Part shown: one piece after another, positions 51,506-61,772 of the stretch
How positions within the stretch are numbered: position 1 is the first letter of the stretch
Layout: each line of letters starts with the position of its first letter
Source: an uncultured candidate division Zixibacteria bacterium
GTDB lineage: Bacteria; Zixibacteria; MSB-5A5; UBA10806
Direction of reading: 5' to 3'
NCBI GenBank assembly: GCA_963817915.1
Contig: CAWFQL010000012.1
Location: forward strand, 320,001 to 384,000
DNA length: 64,000 bases
Translations under genes and position numbers: made by a program
The notes under the pieces: generated by a model
What the model saw: the letters and a program-made list of their open reading frames with translations, nothing else
Databases searched by the model: none
What the model was told of the DNA's origin: nothing

Positions 51506-53374
51506 TTATTTAATCAACACCATTTTTCTAGTGGATGAAAATTGGCCTGATTTCATGCTATAGAAATATATTCCGCTTTTTACTTCGTTGCCGCTCGAGT
51601 TTTTGCCATCCCAGATTATTCTGTTTGTGCCATTATTTGAATTTGACTCTATCGAATAACTTCTGACCTTGCTACCTCGAATATCATAAATCACAAGCTC
51701 GCCGTTGGAATTGAACGGCAAATCAACTTCTATTGCGGTCTGCATATTGAATGGATTCGGATAATTTTGCTTTAATGAGAAACTCGTAGGTCTTGTATTG
51801 TCATCATTCACCGATGTTATCTGGTGAATTCTGAATGAACGGATTTCCGAATACGGACCCCAGCCATATGAGTTGCCACCCTTGGCTCGCCATGTAAAAC
51901 TGCTGTCGGTTGTTAATATTGTATCCAGCTGAACACTGTCTGAGCTTATCAGGGAATCAATATACACCGGGCTCGAAAAATCATTACTTCGATAAATCTC
52001 GAAAAGATAATACGAAGCATATGGTGAAGGATTCCAATCGAACATTACAGTCTCTGAATTAAGCGTAGTATCGGCTGGAGGGTAGACAAGAACCGGCGCC
52101 GGTGGACGAGGATTCAGTGGGCGAAGCAGCTTATCGACAACTGTTGGACGGCTGCTTCCAACCGCGACATTGCTGACAGTACGCGTATAATAGCCGCTCT
52201 TTATAAATCTCAATGTAAAAGTTCCGGGTTCGAGAACTCTACGATATCTGCCATTATCAGGTCTTGAACGGCGTGGATTGATATCGGCGTTAATTCGCTC
52301 AACAACCTGAACCTCAGCTTCAATCGGCTCCAATGTTACCGAATCGCGGATAACTCCCGTAATTCCCGGACCAAGAGCCCTGCCAAGTAGATAATACTGG
52401 CCGGGAAGATGTCTGCGGCAGATTCCATCGACCAATGAAGTGTCCTGTATGGTGGTATCGGAAATCTCACATGAAAAAGCCGCTGTGCCGAAATTCCCGT
52501 AGAAATAGGTTTTGAAATCACCCTTATCTACCAATGCTCTTCTGGCCTCGTAGGTGGAATCGCCCCTATCGTCTACAATCCGTGAACAAAAACTGGTGCA
52601 GATGTTCATCATCAAAGCTTCGTCCGGCCCAAATCCGTGCCCGCCAACATTTGGATACCAGTACCAGGGATAATAGGCGACTTCGGAACGGCCGTATGTG
52701 GGAGAATGATAATCAATCGCTACCAACGGCCGGTATTTCTGCGCGAATGCCGCCATGGCGATATTCTCGCTCTGAGTAAATGGAGCGGTCCCCTTATATT
52801 CCAGCGATTCCGGTACGATCGCGCTTGGCGACGAATCAATAGACCACCCGAAATCGTAATTGCGGTTATTGTCAACTCCGTCATGAATATCAAATACGCC
52901 GTTAAAGTCGTTATCGTATTTGTTTTTGCGCCAATCGGTATCGCCGCCTTCAACCACGATATGGCCCTCGGGGTTTATGAACGGAACGCAGTAGATTTCG
53001 ATATTATTGACAAATCTTGCCGCCAATGTATCTCCGCTATTATAGCGGCTCACTATATTTTGAATGAATGACATTACGACTTCGACTCCCAAAACCTCAT
53101 CGGCATGGACTCCGCCGCAGAAGAATACCGCTGGTTCGTCCTCATCAATCTGCACATTATCAGAGATCTTGAATCTCAGCATTGCCACCGAATCCCGGCT
53201 CGAATATCCCATCGTATCAAGCTTGCAAATCGACGGATTATTTGCGGCGAGATCGGAAAGTATCTGCAATGCCTGGCTGTATCTCGTATATCGCTCCGGG
53301 AGTTGAGCGTAGAGATTAGCAGAAAATATAAAAAATATCAGCGATGCCCAAATTATTCTGCAATTTAGTCTCAA
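51506..53374 (-). CDS. M14 zinc carboxypeptidase with accessory Ig/FN3-like and T9SS sorting domains
   Basis: GVHADE, INPEG, WRKN, GVDNNRNY, DYHS; LKQNYPNPFN; TTG 53374 has a GGAGG SD. Confidence 0.9.
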   Translation of the reverse strand: MRLNCRIIWASLIFFIFSANLYAQLPERYTRYSQALQILSDLAANNPSICKLDTMGYSSRDSVAMLRFKISDNVQIDEDEPAVFFCGGVHADEVLGVEVVMSFIQNIVSRYNSGDTLAARFVNNIEIYCVPFINPEGHIVVEGGDTDWRKNKYDNDFNGVFDIHDGVDNNRNYDFGWSIDSSPSAIVPESLEYKGTAPFTQSENIAMAAFAQKYRPLVAIDYHSPTYGRSEVAYYPWYWYPNVGGHGFGPDEALMMNICTSFCSRIVDDRGDSTYEARRALVDKGDFKTYFYGNFGTAAFSCEISDTTIQDTSLVDGICRRHLPGQYYLLGRALGPGITGVIRDSVTLEPIEAEVQVVERINADINPRRSRPDNGRYRRVLEPGTFTLRFIKSGYYTRTVSNVAVGSSRPTVVDKLLRPLNPRPPAPVLVYPPADTTLNSETVMFDWNPSPYASYYLFEIYRSNDFSSPVYIDSLISSDSVQLDTILTTDSSFTWRAKGGNSYGWGPYSEIRSFRIHQITSVNDDNTRPTSFSLKQNYPNPFNMQTAIEVDLPFNSNGELVIYDIRGSKVRSYSIESNSNNGTNRIIWDGKNSSGNEVKSGIYFYSMKSGQFSSTRKMVLIK

Positions 53375-53444
53375 ACTATCCTCCAAATATGTTTTAATGC
53401 ACCTATAGAACTGCCTAATTTCAAATCTCATAGAATAGCACTGC

Positions 53445-56400
53445 CTATTTCAAAAGCGTCATGCGCTTGGTCTCAGTTTTCGATTCTGCATTCAGTCTAT
53501 AGAAATAAAGCCCCGAAGGCTGCCCGGAGGCGTCCCATTCGACCGAATGATTGCCGGCACTCAGCTTGGCATTGAGTAACGTAGCTACCTTTTGCCCAAG
53601 AATATTAAATATTTCGAGCTTGGCATTCTGGGCCGATGGCAATGAAAAATTAATCGAGGTCGTCGGATTAAATGGATTGGGGTAATTCTGAGATAGCGAA
53701 AAATGATCCGGTAGCTCGCCGTTGTCATCCATTCCCGTAATGTATCGTGAGCCGGTAGTAAATTTGATAGCTCTTCCATTCGCCAGATTCGCGGCCCCGG
53801 GGCTGTAAGTGCCGTTGAAGAGATAACCGATGCCGTCTCGTCGATCTGGAGAACAGATACCCACAGAATTCGTGGTGGGACTTTGAACTAGATTGTATTG
53901 AAATATAATATCATTGTCGCCAGTAAGAGTCGGCCATACCGGCTCATCCAGAAAGATAATTTCGAATGTCTGCAAACGTAAATTATCCTGATCCATTGCA
54001 TTTTTCCATCCAATTATAAATCTGCTATTGGGCTCATCGTAATGATAATAGACCCTCAAGTTATTTCCTTCAAAATCATCCCAGTAAGGCGCGATCATCG
54101 CCTGGGCATTTTGAGGGGCGGGAATAGGACAATTATAGAAGCTTGACCACCATGAGTTACCCAATGCTACAAAACCATTATCACAGATCGAAATATTGCT
54201 ATATGAGCGGCCGTAATACATCACATCGAATGGCAGAGAAATAGTCTCCGAATAGTCGTCCTGCAACGTGACATAATTCCAGGTTAAATTGTCAATAGGC
54301 ACCCAGCTATAATCTGGATGATATGAATACGATGAATCACTATTGTCAAAGCAGTAGTAACCATAATTATCAGGTCCCATGGGATCGCTTCTGCTGATCA
54401 ATCCAACGGTTGCTTCAAATGAGGCAAGAACTGTCTGCGGGCCGATACCGTTGATTTCAAGCACAAAGTTGATTACATGGCCAACATAAATATCTTGTGA
54501 CACTGATACCGTAAATCGATCTTCAGTATTTGTGACTCTGCTGCCCGGACTGCAATCGGAATAATTCGCAACAGAATCTATAATATTAACCTGCCTGTCG
54601 TTCGTTCTCAAAATCGCCTGCGGGCTGAGTATCGCCTGGCCGCCCGTATTACGTAATCCAACGATTAAGTCAAATGTTTCATTGGGATCAATTCGTCCAT
54701 TGCCGTTATCGATAACAAAGATCGAATCTGCCGTCAATGCGGCTGCGACGATTGGAAATCTGAATTGTCCGCTCCAGTGATTACCGGAAGCATCGGAAAT
54801 ATTCATCAATACAGGAACGTTAATTCCATTGGGAGCATCAGGTCGTATATTGATAATATAGGGTTCGCTCGATACCCCTGTCTGGCCAGGCGCGATATTG
54901 GAATATTGCGCGCTTGAACGGGTGATTTCGACAAATGGCGATTCGCTCGCGATGGTGGCGGCCACATTATAGGCAGTGTCCGAAATTCCATAATTTTGTA
55001 GTGTGACTGGCAATTCGATTGTCTCCGACGGATTGGCTATCCCGTCATTATTACCACGGGAATTCCCGGTCGAATCATCATCTATTGCATGCGATTGGTA
55101 ACTGACAGTTACGGAATTATTGACGCATATCACGGAATCCAAAATTGGAATATATCCCTGTGCAGTGACCGTAAATTTCATCGTCCCCGCTGTTGACGGA
55201 GATATTCCGATTACGCAATTGCCATCGGTTCCGGTGAAATCGCCAGCGAATGTTTCAGTGCCCTTCCACGCGCAGACATATGCGCCTCTCAATGGCTGGC
55301 CATTACTATCTAAGACCTGGGCTGAAATTGCGTTTTGTCCTATCTGGATCGTATCCGGGCGGACTGCAGTCATTCTCTTTGGAACCGCCGTCCAACAATT
55401 GATTTCTGGATCGCCCAAATCATTGTAGCTGTTAAAATATAATTCTATGTATCCGCCGGGAGCCCTATCGCCGGGAAAAACATTATACATATTCATTTTT
55501 CCCATAAGCTCTGATTGAGCCAATGTCACCACGTGCTCGTAAAAAAGACCCCAGTAGATACCTACATCAATTGCGTTGGTCCACGTGACATAGGCATAGT
55601 GATTGCTATTGCCGATAAAGCCTGCTCCTCCTCGATTGGCCTGGCGAATCCAGGCTTCACCCATGCAAATATCGATAATATCCTGGTAATCACCTGTTGC
55701 GCATACAATAGATGTCATTATTGGAAACTTGGGGCCATTGCTAAGAGCCATTATTTCATTCACTCCATAGTTTGGAGGTGTCCAGCTGTCCGCGTACCCA
55801 TAGCCGCGGTAATTCACGAATGATACACCGTCATTTATCGTAGCGCTTATTTCCGCCGGATCAATATACCATGACGTGAAAAACGTATCGACCTGGGTGT
55901 AACCGGATTGAAGCATAACATCGCGGCACCATAGCTTCGTAAATCGAGGGCTTATGAATGAACCACCATCGCTCCCAGCCACAACTGTCGCACGCTTATA
56001 CCAACTGGTATCGGACATATAAGGCGTTCTTTCGTAAGTAAACAACTTGGAAACATAGTTGCCCAATTCCGTAATATTGTCGATAGATATTCGCCCGATA
56101 AAGGCATCCGGGAAATAATCATTGCCCAATAAAAATGTGTAGTAATTGTCTGATTCAATATCGCTGCCTTGCGGTCCATAAGGATTTGCATACTCCTTAG
56201 TCGCGATCCCCCTGCTATTTGGAGCCGAAACATCCGATGTTATTACAATATAATCGGGCTTTATAGAGCAGGTGTCAAAACGTGTTTGAATATAAGATTT
56301 AACCACGGAATATGGCGGATTCGAGCCTATAGCGCTTTTAGGAATAAATTCAATGGGAAATCCTTTCGATTTTTTCCAATTGGCGAATTCCTGCAAATAG

Positions 56401-57116
56401 CTCAAATACTCATCAGGGTAGATAATCCAATATGCTCCACGTGTCATGTGAATTGGATCGAATACGGCTGGATTATCCAGAACCGCCCTATAAATCGGCA
56501 TAAAGGCTTCCGAGATCTGATTGCCATCGTACGTTATTCTGGAGCCGGCATGATCAACTTCTATCTCGATATCATCATAGACTCGCACAACCGATCTCTC
56601 GGCGTCATATTGCACCGGTGCGATAGTAATGGCATAAATTCGCACATCTCTCATCTGCCCGGCAATAGACCCGATAACAATCTGCTGTTCCAATATTGAA
56701 TTAATGGATTTATCGCTATATTGAAATGATCCGGCTTCTTCCGAATCCGCCTCTGCCAGCGAAATGTCGTTCAATTCAACATAATTCGCTTTTGTAATCC
56801 TGAGCGTAGGATCAGAATCAAACGGCACCGCTATCAGCCTGGTAATTGTAGGCAAAACAGAGTTTCCGGGCCCCGTGAATGCTCCGACTGATTGACCAAA
56901 TTCCACCGGAAGGGATATTCTGTATTTGAAAGCTCCGTCAACCGCGGTTCTCTTATAATCCAGGCTCGAAATTGCTATATTTAAATCTGTCTTGCTTATC
57001 GATTGCAGGCGAACATTTGTTCCTGAAGTATTATCACCGACGGGTAAACTGCCCGTTTCCGCATAACCTACTATTGGCGAAAATAGCATTAGGAAAATCA
57101 TTAAAAATCGAATCAT
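53445..57116 (-). CDS. C25 (gingipain-like) cysteine peptidase with T9SS sorting domain
   Basis: Propeptide MRDVRI...PVQYD, WKKSKGF, SDNYY, DAFIGRIS, VNYRG, SIVCATG, LGDPE; LSQNYPNPFN; ATG 57116 has a GGAGG SD. Confidence 0.92.
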   Translation of the reverse strand: MIRFLMIFLMLFSPIVGYAETGSLPVGDNTSGTNVRLQSISKTDLNIAISSLDYKRTAVDGAFKYRISLPVEFGQSVGAFTGPGNSVLPTITRLIAVPFDSDPTLRITKANYVELNDISLAEADSEEAGSFQYSDKSINSILEQQIVIGSIAGQMRDVRIYAITIAPVQYDAERSVVRVYDDIEIEVDHAGSRITYDGNQISEAFMPIYRAVLDNPAVFDPIHMTRGAYWIIYPDEYLSYLQEFANWKKSKGFPIEFIPKSAIGSNPPYSVVKSYIQTRFDTCSIKPDYIVITSDVSAPNSRGIATKEYANPYGPQGSDIESDNYYTFLLGNDYFPDAFIGRISIDNITELGNYVSKLFTYERTPYMSDTSWYKRATVVAGSDGGSFISPRFTKLWCRDVMLQSGYTQVDTFFTSWYIDPAEISATINDGVSFVNYRGYGYADSWTPPNYGVNEIMALSNGPKFPIMTSIVCATGDYQDIIDICMGEAWIRQANRGGAGFIGNSNHYAYVTWTNAIDVGIYWGLFYEHVVTLAQSELMGKMNMYNVFPGDRAPGGYIELYFNSYNDLGDPEINCWTAVPKRMTAVRPDTIQIGQNAISAQVLDSNGQPLRGAYVCAWKGTETFAGDFTGTDGNCVIGISPSTAGTMKFTVTAQGYIPILDSVICVNNSVTVSYQSHAIDDDSTGNSRGNNDGIANPSETIELPVTLQNYGISDTAYNVAATIASESPFVEITRSSAQYSNIAPGQTGVSSEPYIINIRPDAPNGINVPVLMNISDASGNHWSGQFRFPIVAAALTADSIFVIDNGNGRIDPNETFDLIVGLRNTGGQAILSPQAILRTNDRQVNIIDSVANYSDCSPGSRVTNTEDRFTVSVSQDIYVGHVINFVLEINGIGPQTVLASFEATVGLISRSDPMGPDNYGYYCFDNSDSSYSYHPDYSWVPIDNLTWNYVTLQDDYSETISLPFDVMYYGRSYSNISICDNGFVALGNSWWSSFYNCPIPAPQNAQAMIAPYWDDFEGNNLRVYYHYDEPNSRFIIGWKNAMDQDNLRLQTFEIIFLDEPVWPTLTGDNDIIFQYNLVQSPTTNSVGICSPDRRDGIGYLFNGTYSPGAANLANGRAIKFTTGSRYITGMDDNGELPDHFSLSQNYPNPFNPTTSINFSLPSAQNAKLEIFNILGQKVATLLNAKLSAGNHSVEWDASGQPSGLYFYRLNAESKTETKRMTLLK

Positions 57117-57439
57117 TGTGAAATTCCTCCTGAAGCCTATAAATAATAAATGGTATAAATTCCTGCATAATAAAACAAACATCTTTCGCAATGCCATCGT
57201 TCCCTTTTTTTGCCCCGCTAACTAAGGTATTCTCAATTCACACGACTTCGGACAATATAATACATTATGCTCGTTTTTCGACAAAATATTTTTGACCATA
57301 AAATGCTCATGGTCAATGAATTATGGAGAGGATAGGATATGGCGACCCCGGCTTACACCTTACTACCATTAAAATCGCGAATCCATTTTAGGCGATTAAG
57401 ATGCTAATCAAAAGCCGATACGGTCTTATTTTGATAAAA

Positions 57440-58972
57440 CTATTCTATTTTACTAATTCTCTTCTCAATCTTGCTATCAATAGTTTTGGCCTTCTCGACA
57501 GCCTCCATGACAATATCTGTAAATTGAAGCTCGGTCGGTTTAATATTCTGTGGGGAGAAACCGAGATATCTATCCGAATTGCTGGTGGCCACATAATCAA
57601 TTGTCGCAACCGTATATTTGCCATTAGGATCGATAGCTTTTCCTCCGATCATTACGTCCACGACCTTTGGCTGGTCATTCTCTTCCTTCCAGGTATAGCA
57701 TAATCCTGATATCTGCAGCGAGCCCTGGGAGCCGCCCTTTTCCGCCCCAATATTTTTTTCAGCGGTGCGAATTAGATCGGCGCCTGTACATTCGAAAGTC
57801 ACGACCTTATTATCAAATGGCAGCATTTCCTTGATGTCCATTTTTGTCACCGGCCCGGCCTCGATATCTTTTCTGATGCCGCCGGAATTGATAAATGCCA
57901 CATCGGTCTGCATTTTCTGTCGCAACGCTTCCGAAAGCCAGTCTCCGACATTCGATTCGGAACGATACTCCGACTTCCAGGTATCATTCAATTGAGCGAT
58001 TTTGATATTATAATCTTTGTCTACTTCGGCCTTGAATTCGCTTACCATTTTAGTGATTTCCGGATTTGGTTTGATATCCTTGGAATACATCGGGATCAAC
58101 TTCCCTCGAAACATCATTATGGTATCGCCGGCGACTGTCATATCAACACGCCCTAAATTCCGGCAATTTGACCCGGTTTGGACAATAACGACTCCATTCA
58201 CTACTTCCGGTGTTTCGATTCGTGTATGGCTATGGCCACCAACGATTAAATCAATTCCTTTAACGTTTTGTGCCAGTTCTCTGTCGTTTTCTATTCCCAA
58301 GTGAGAAAGAACGATTATCAAGTCAGTAAGGGAATCAATTTTGGACACGCAATCTTTAACTACCGGTATCGGATCCAGCGAATAAAATCCATCAAGATTA
58401 TTCTTGGATGCCATACCCACCATTTGATGATAGGTAAGGCCAATTACTCCGACTTTCAAGCCGTCTACATTGTAAATATGATAACCCTCTTTGGTAAATA
58501 GCTGTCCATCCTTGACAAGATTCGCGCAAAACACCGGGAATTTGGCTATTTTAATTAGGGCTCTTAGGTTTGACGCGCTCTTGTCGAATTCGTGGTTTCC
58601 CATCACCCAGCCGTCGTAGCCGATCATATTCATCATGGCGACCAATCCACCGCCATAAGCCCCTTCATAGGGAATATCGCAAATCAAAGTTCCGGTCATA
58701 AGATCGCCCGCGTCGAGTAAGAGACTTCTCTGAGCGGAGGCCCGTTCCTGGTGAACATAATAGTCTAGAGCTTCGAATCCGCCAATCATCGGTTTTGATG
58801 ATTCCCAGGTAGCGACCGTTGGCAAGTATGCCGCGTGCATATCATTCGTATGGAAAATCGTAATATTTGTAGGGGTTTGTTGTGCCGCTATGCTTCCGCA
58901 AATAACAAAAACGCATAGAATCGCTATTTTAATATTGTTTTTAAGAAACGATCCGGCTTTGTGAGACATCAT
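57440..58972 (-). CDS. Bifunctional metallophosphatase/5'-nucleotidase
   Basis: Signal peptide; HTNDMH, LLDAGD, GNHEFD, LSHLG, GGHSH, NSGGIR, LPFDN. Confidence 0.93.
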   Translation of the reverse strand: MMSHKAGSFLKNNIKIAILCVFVICGSIAAQQTPTNITIFHTNDMHAAYLPTVATWESSKPMIGGFEALDYYVHQERASAQRSLLLDAGDLMTGTLICDIPYEGAYGGGLVAMMNMIGYDGWVMGNHEFDKSASNLRALIKIAKFPVFCANLVKDGQLFTKEGYHIYNVDGLKVGVIGLTYHQMVGMASKNNLDGFYSLDPIPVVKDCVSKIDSLTDLIIVLSHLGIENDRELAQNVKGIDLIVGGHSHTRIETPEVVNGVVIVQTGSNCRNLGRVDMTVAGDTIMMFRGKLIPMYSKDIKPNPEITKMVSEFKAEVDKDYNIKIAQLNDTWKSEYRSESNVGDWLSEALRQKMQTDVAFINSGGIRKDIEAGPVTKMDIKEMLPFDNKVVTFECTGADLIRTAEKNIGAEKGGSQGSLQISGLCYTWKEENDQPKVVDVMIGGKAIDPNGKYTVATIDYVATSNSDRYLGFSPQNIKPTELQFTDIVMEAVEKAKTIDSKIEKRISKIE

Positions 58973-59105
58973 GACCGCCTTTGTTTTTTATCAGCCCTAT
59001 TGCTGATTATTCAGTCGAATATTTTTCATTATGCAAAAAAATAAGGATTTCTTAATCAATTGTCTATAGGATAATCTTAGTTGTTCGATGTCCTCGATTT
59101 TTCGA

Positions 59106-60443
59106 TTAGTCCGCTTCGGATTCATTCAGAGGTCTGATAAATTTCCTGCAATCAGTAATAGCGGCTTCATGCTTCTTTTGAATATTATTGATAATAGCCA
59201 GGGGACAGCGATATTTTATTATGCCTGTTGGTACAGAATTATTGAGCGAATAATGCTTATTATATTCCCTGTCCCTGACAGCGTATGTCCAATAATCTCC
59301 GGGCTCGATTGACATCTTTTTTGACGATGAGTTGAAAATCGCTTTTACGCCACCGCCGAGGTCATTCACGGTTTTAAGATTCAATGGGGAAATATAACCT
59401 GCCCATCTCCTTATTCTGGGGGCGAAATCAATTTTCCCGGATGATTTGACGCCGGATTTAAGCCTGATAAGTATTGGATGGATTGGTGTATCAGTCTTTA
59501 TGACTAAGCCTTCGTTTGAATGCTCGAGGCCGGCAATTTTGGCCATTTGGCTGCCCTGGCGATGCAGCTCGGTGACAGCATTTGCGATCTCGATCCAATC
59601 TCCATTTTTGAATGATTCGCCGCTGATTACCTCGGATTCTTCAACGCTCAGGGTTGATTGATCAATCGCTTTTATAATACGGGCGACAACCGAGGCATTC
59701 TCATCCGACCATTTAAAACCCTCTTCAAATCCGCCAGCTGCCGATACCCCGCGATGAAGCTCAATCCTATAATGAAGATTTCCAGGAATGAGTCCTCCAC
59801 CCATATCAATTTCGCCGAAGCTAATGGGGATTTGATGCCCCGACTGATCTATTTTTAATGTCAAAGAGATATCATTTCGGGGGAAATAATGATCGAGAAA
59901 CTCCTTGGCGGCCTTCGGATTGGCTATTTCGTCCACATATAATGCTTTGATTTGACCAACCAATTTCAGCCGCAGACAAGTATCCGGCCCGCCCAACGCT
60001 GGTTCTCTTATTATGTCATCATCAATGTAATTTGCTGTCTTTTGCCACGCTTCTAAATAGACGAGAATATTGCCAGAATTCCCGATAATCTCAGGTTCTG
60101 GGTAGTCAAATTGAGTGCGAAAAGTGCAATCTTTTTCTATTTTGAGAGGGAAGCCGCCTATGTAGACTATTCCTTTTTTGATTTCGAAATCGATCGTGTC
60201 GCCCGGGCCCAATGAGAAATTTTCGATCTTAAGGGCCTTGGAATTATCTGAAGTGATCTCATTCGATCCTTTTGGCACAGCAAAATCGCCCATAATGCTG
60301 CAGGCAAGCTGCCGGAAATGCTCGCTCCATATCAATGATTGTTCGTTCCAGTCGGAGTCTAATTCAACTCGGCCCTGCTGTTTTAATACTCCCAGATAAT
60401 TATTAAGGTAATGATAGGAGAGCCTGGAAAAATCACCCTTCAT
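59106..60443 (-). CDS. DUF6519-like domain protein
   Basis: MKGDFSR...QQGRVELDSDWNEQ, LVYLEAW, EPALGGPDT, YRIELH, FKWSDENAS, PGDYWT, DCRKF. Confidence 0.8.
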   Translation of the reverse strand: MKGDFSRLSYHYLNNYLGVLKQQGRVELDSDWNEQSLIWSEHFRQLACSIMGDFAVPKGSNEITSDNSKALKIENFSLGPGDTIDFEIKKGIVYIGGFPLKIEKDCTFRTQFDYPEPEIIGNSGNILVYLEAWQKTANYIDDDIIREPALGGPDTCLRLKLVGQIKALYVDEIANPKAAKEFLDHYFPRNDISLTLKIDQSGHQIPISFGEIDMGGGLIPGNLHYRIELHRGVSAAGGFEEGFKWSDENASVVARIIKAIDQSTLSVEESEVISGESFKNGDWIEIANAVTELHRQGSQMAKIAGLEHSNEGLVIKTDTPIHPILIRLKSGVKSSGKIDFAPRIRRWAGYISPLNLKTVNDLGGGVKAIFNSSSKKMSIEPGDYWTYAVRDREYNKHYSLNNSVPTGIIKYRCPLAIINNIQKKHEAAITDCRKFIRPLNESEAD

Positions 60444-60811
60444 CGTATATCCTCTATATAGTTTGGCCGGTATACGTCCCGCTTGATCTGGAAACTAATG
60501 CTATTTAGCTGGCGATTCACGAAATCTCTTATATGACATATTGAAAAGCCCGTCAAGCTGATATTCCGATTCATTAAAAAGGGCAAATTTGCTTGAAAAA
60601 TGCTGTTCTAATTTGGAATTTAATTCGTTTCAAAGTTCTTTATTGAACGATTTACCATAGGAGAAATTGAATTATATTTGATCAATTTGGAGCAAATATC
60701 ATCGGAATATTGTAGGCGAACTCCCATTATTTCCCAGTAATAATCTGAAATTCAACAGGTTAATTATCGCCCGAAAATACAATCTCCAATAAACATCGTT
60801 TTCAAAGCCTA

Positions 60812-60838
60812 TAGAGAATGCGATTGAATTGCCGAATA
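60812..60838 (+). promoter_or_regulatory. Possible sigma28 (FliA/SigD) promoter
   Basis: TAGA-N15-GCCGAATA versus consensus TAAA-N15-GCCGATAA. Confidence 0.35.
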
Positions 60839-60928
60839 AAGAGGCGGCAACGTGATTGTTCTGATAGTATTCGATATTTATGATTTTATTGAATGGTTCG
60901 CAATCACTCCATTAGAGAAGGAGAGAAA

Positions 60929-61354
60929 ATGAGAATCACAAAGGAAGTCATAATAGCGGCAAATAAAGACGAAATTTGGCCTTGGCTGACTGAACAAGAT
61001 AAACTTGGCGTTATTATAGGAACCATAATTGATCTCAAAATGAAGAAAAATGGGCAGGTCGAATTTAACGGTGGCGAATGCTGGAAAATGTTAAATCCCG
61101 AGCCGCCCGAAAAGCTCTCTTTCCGAATCGGAATCATGGGAATGCATTTGACAACAACTTTAGAATTAACATCTAAAGGAAAGAGAACAAATCTGCGTGT
61201 AAATATTACCGGTTGGGAGGATATTGACATTGAAAAGGCGCGAATCGAAATGCCGAAAGTTTCTCTCAATTGGGAAAAACGATTAAATAGGATTAAAAAA
61301 GTAATCGAATCATTGCCGAAAAGACATTCAGCCAATTCGAGATCAAAAGTATGA
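60929..61354 (+). CDS. SRPBCC/AHSA1-like domain protein
   Basis: ITKEVIIAANKDEIWPWLT, EPPEKLSF, C-terminal W..RLNRIKKVIE helix; SD AAGGAG. Confidence 0.75.
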   Translation: MRITKEVIIAANKDEIWPWLTEQDKLGVIIGTIIDLKMKKNGQVEFNGGECWKMLNPEPPEKLSFRIGIMGMHLTTTLELTSKGKRTNLRVNITGWEDIDIEKARIEMPKVSLNWEKRLNRIKKVIESLPKRHSANSRSKV

Positions 61355-61772
61355 TATGATAATAATGAGATTTATGGGTAGACGCATTTTATTGCAGAGT
61401 TCTTCAATAATATAGATATTTATCCGTTTTCACTCTCTTAATTTACTCGTTTTATTTAAGCTTATTAGACTTGGCTTAAAATTAGATATTTTGAAGTATT
61501 CATCCAAAACCACTTACTGCCAAAAGAGTTAATATAGGCATTTAATGGAACTTGAGTTCGTATCAAATCGGTTTATGCATTGATGGTGGATTGTTGTTTA
61601 AACTTGACTGGAAAGAAGAATCATCTATATTGAATTCGATTTTCGTATGAAAAAGCTTTTTTGTTTTCGGGCTACATGCGAAAAATTTAAAAGTTAAAAA
61701 AAAGGGGATCTAAAGCTCTTCACCAAGTGAGTAGGTCCCCAATTCCTTAAATAACCCTTTTGGAGGATATTA

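Noticed and set aside
60904..61335. 143-aa antisense ORF, and the many other short ORFs overlapping called genes
   Set aside because: Shadow frames of well-supported genes on the other strand or frame
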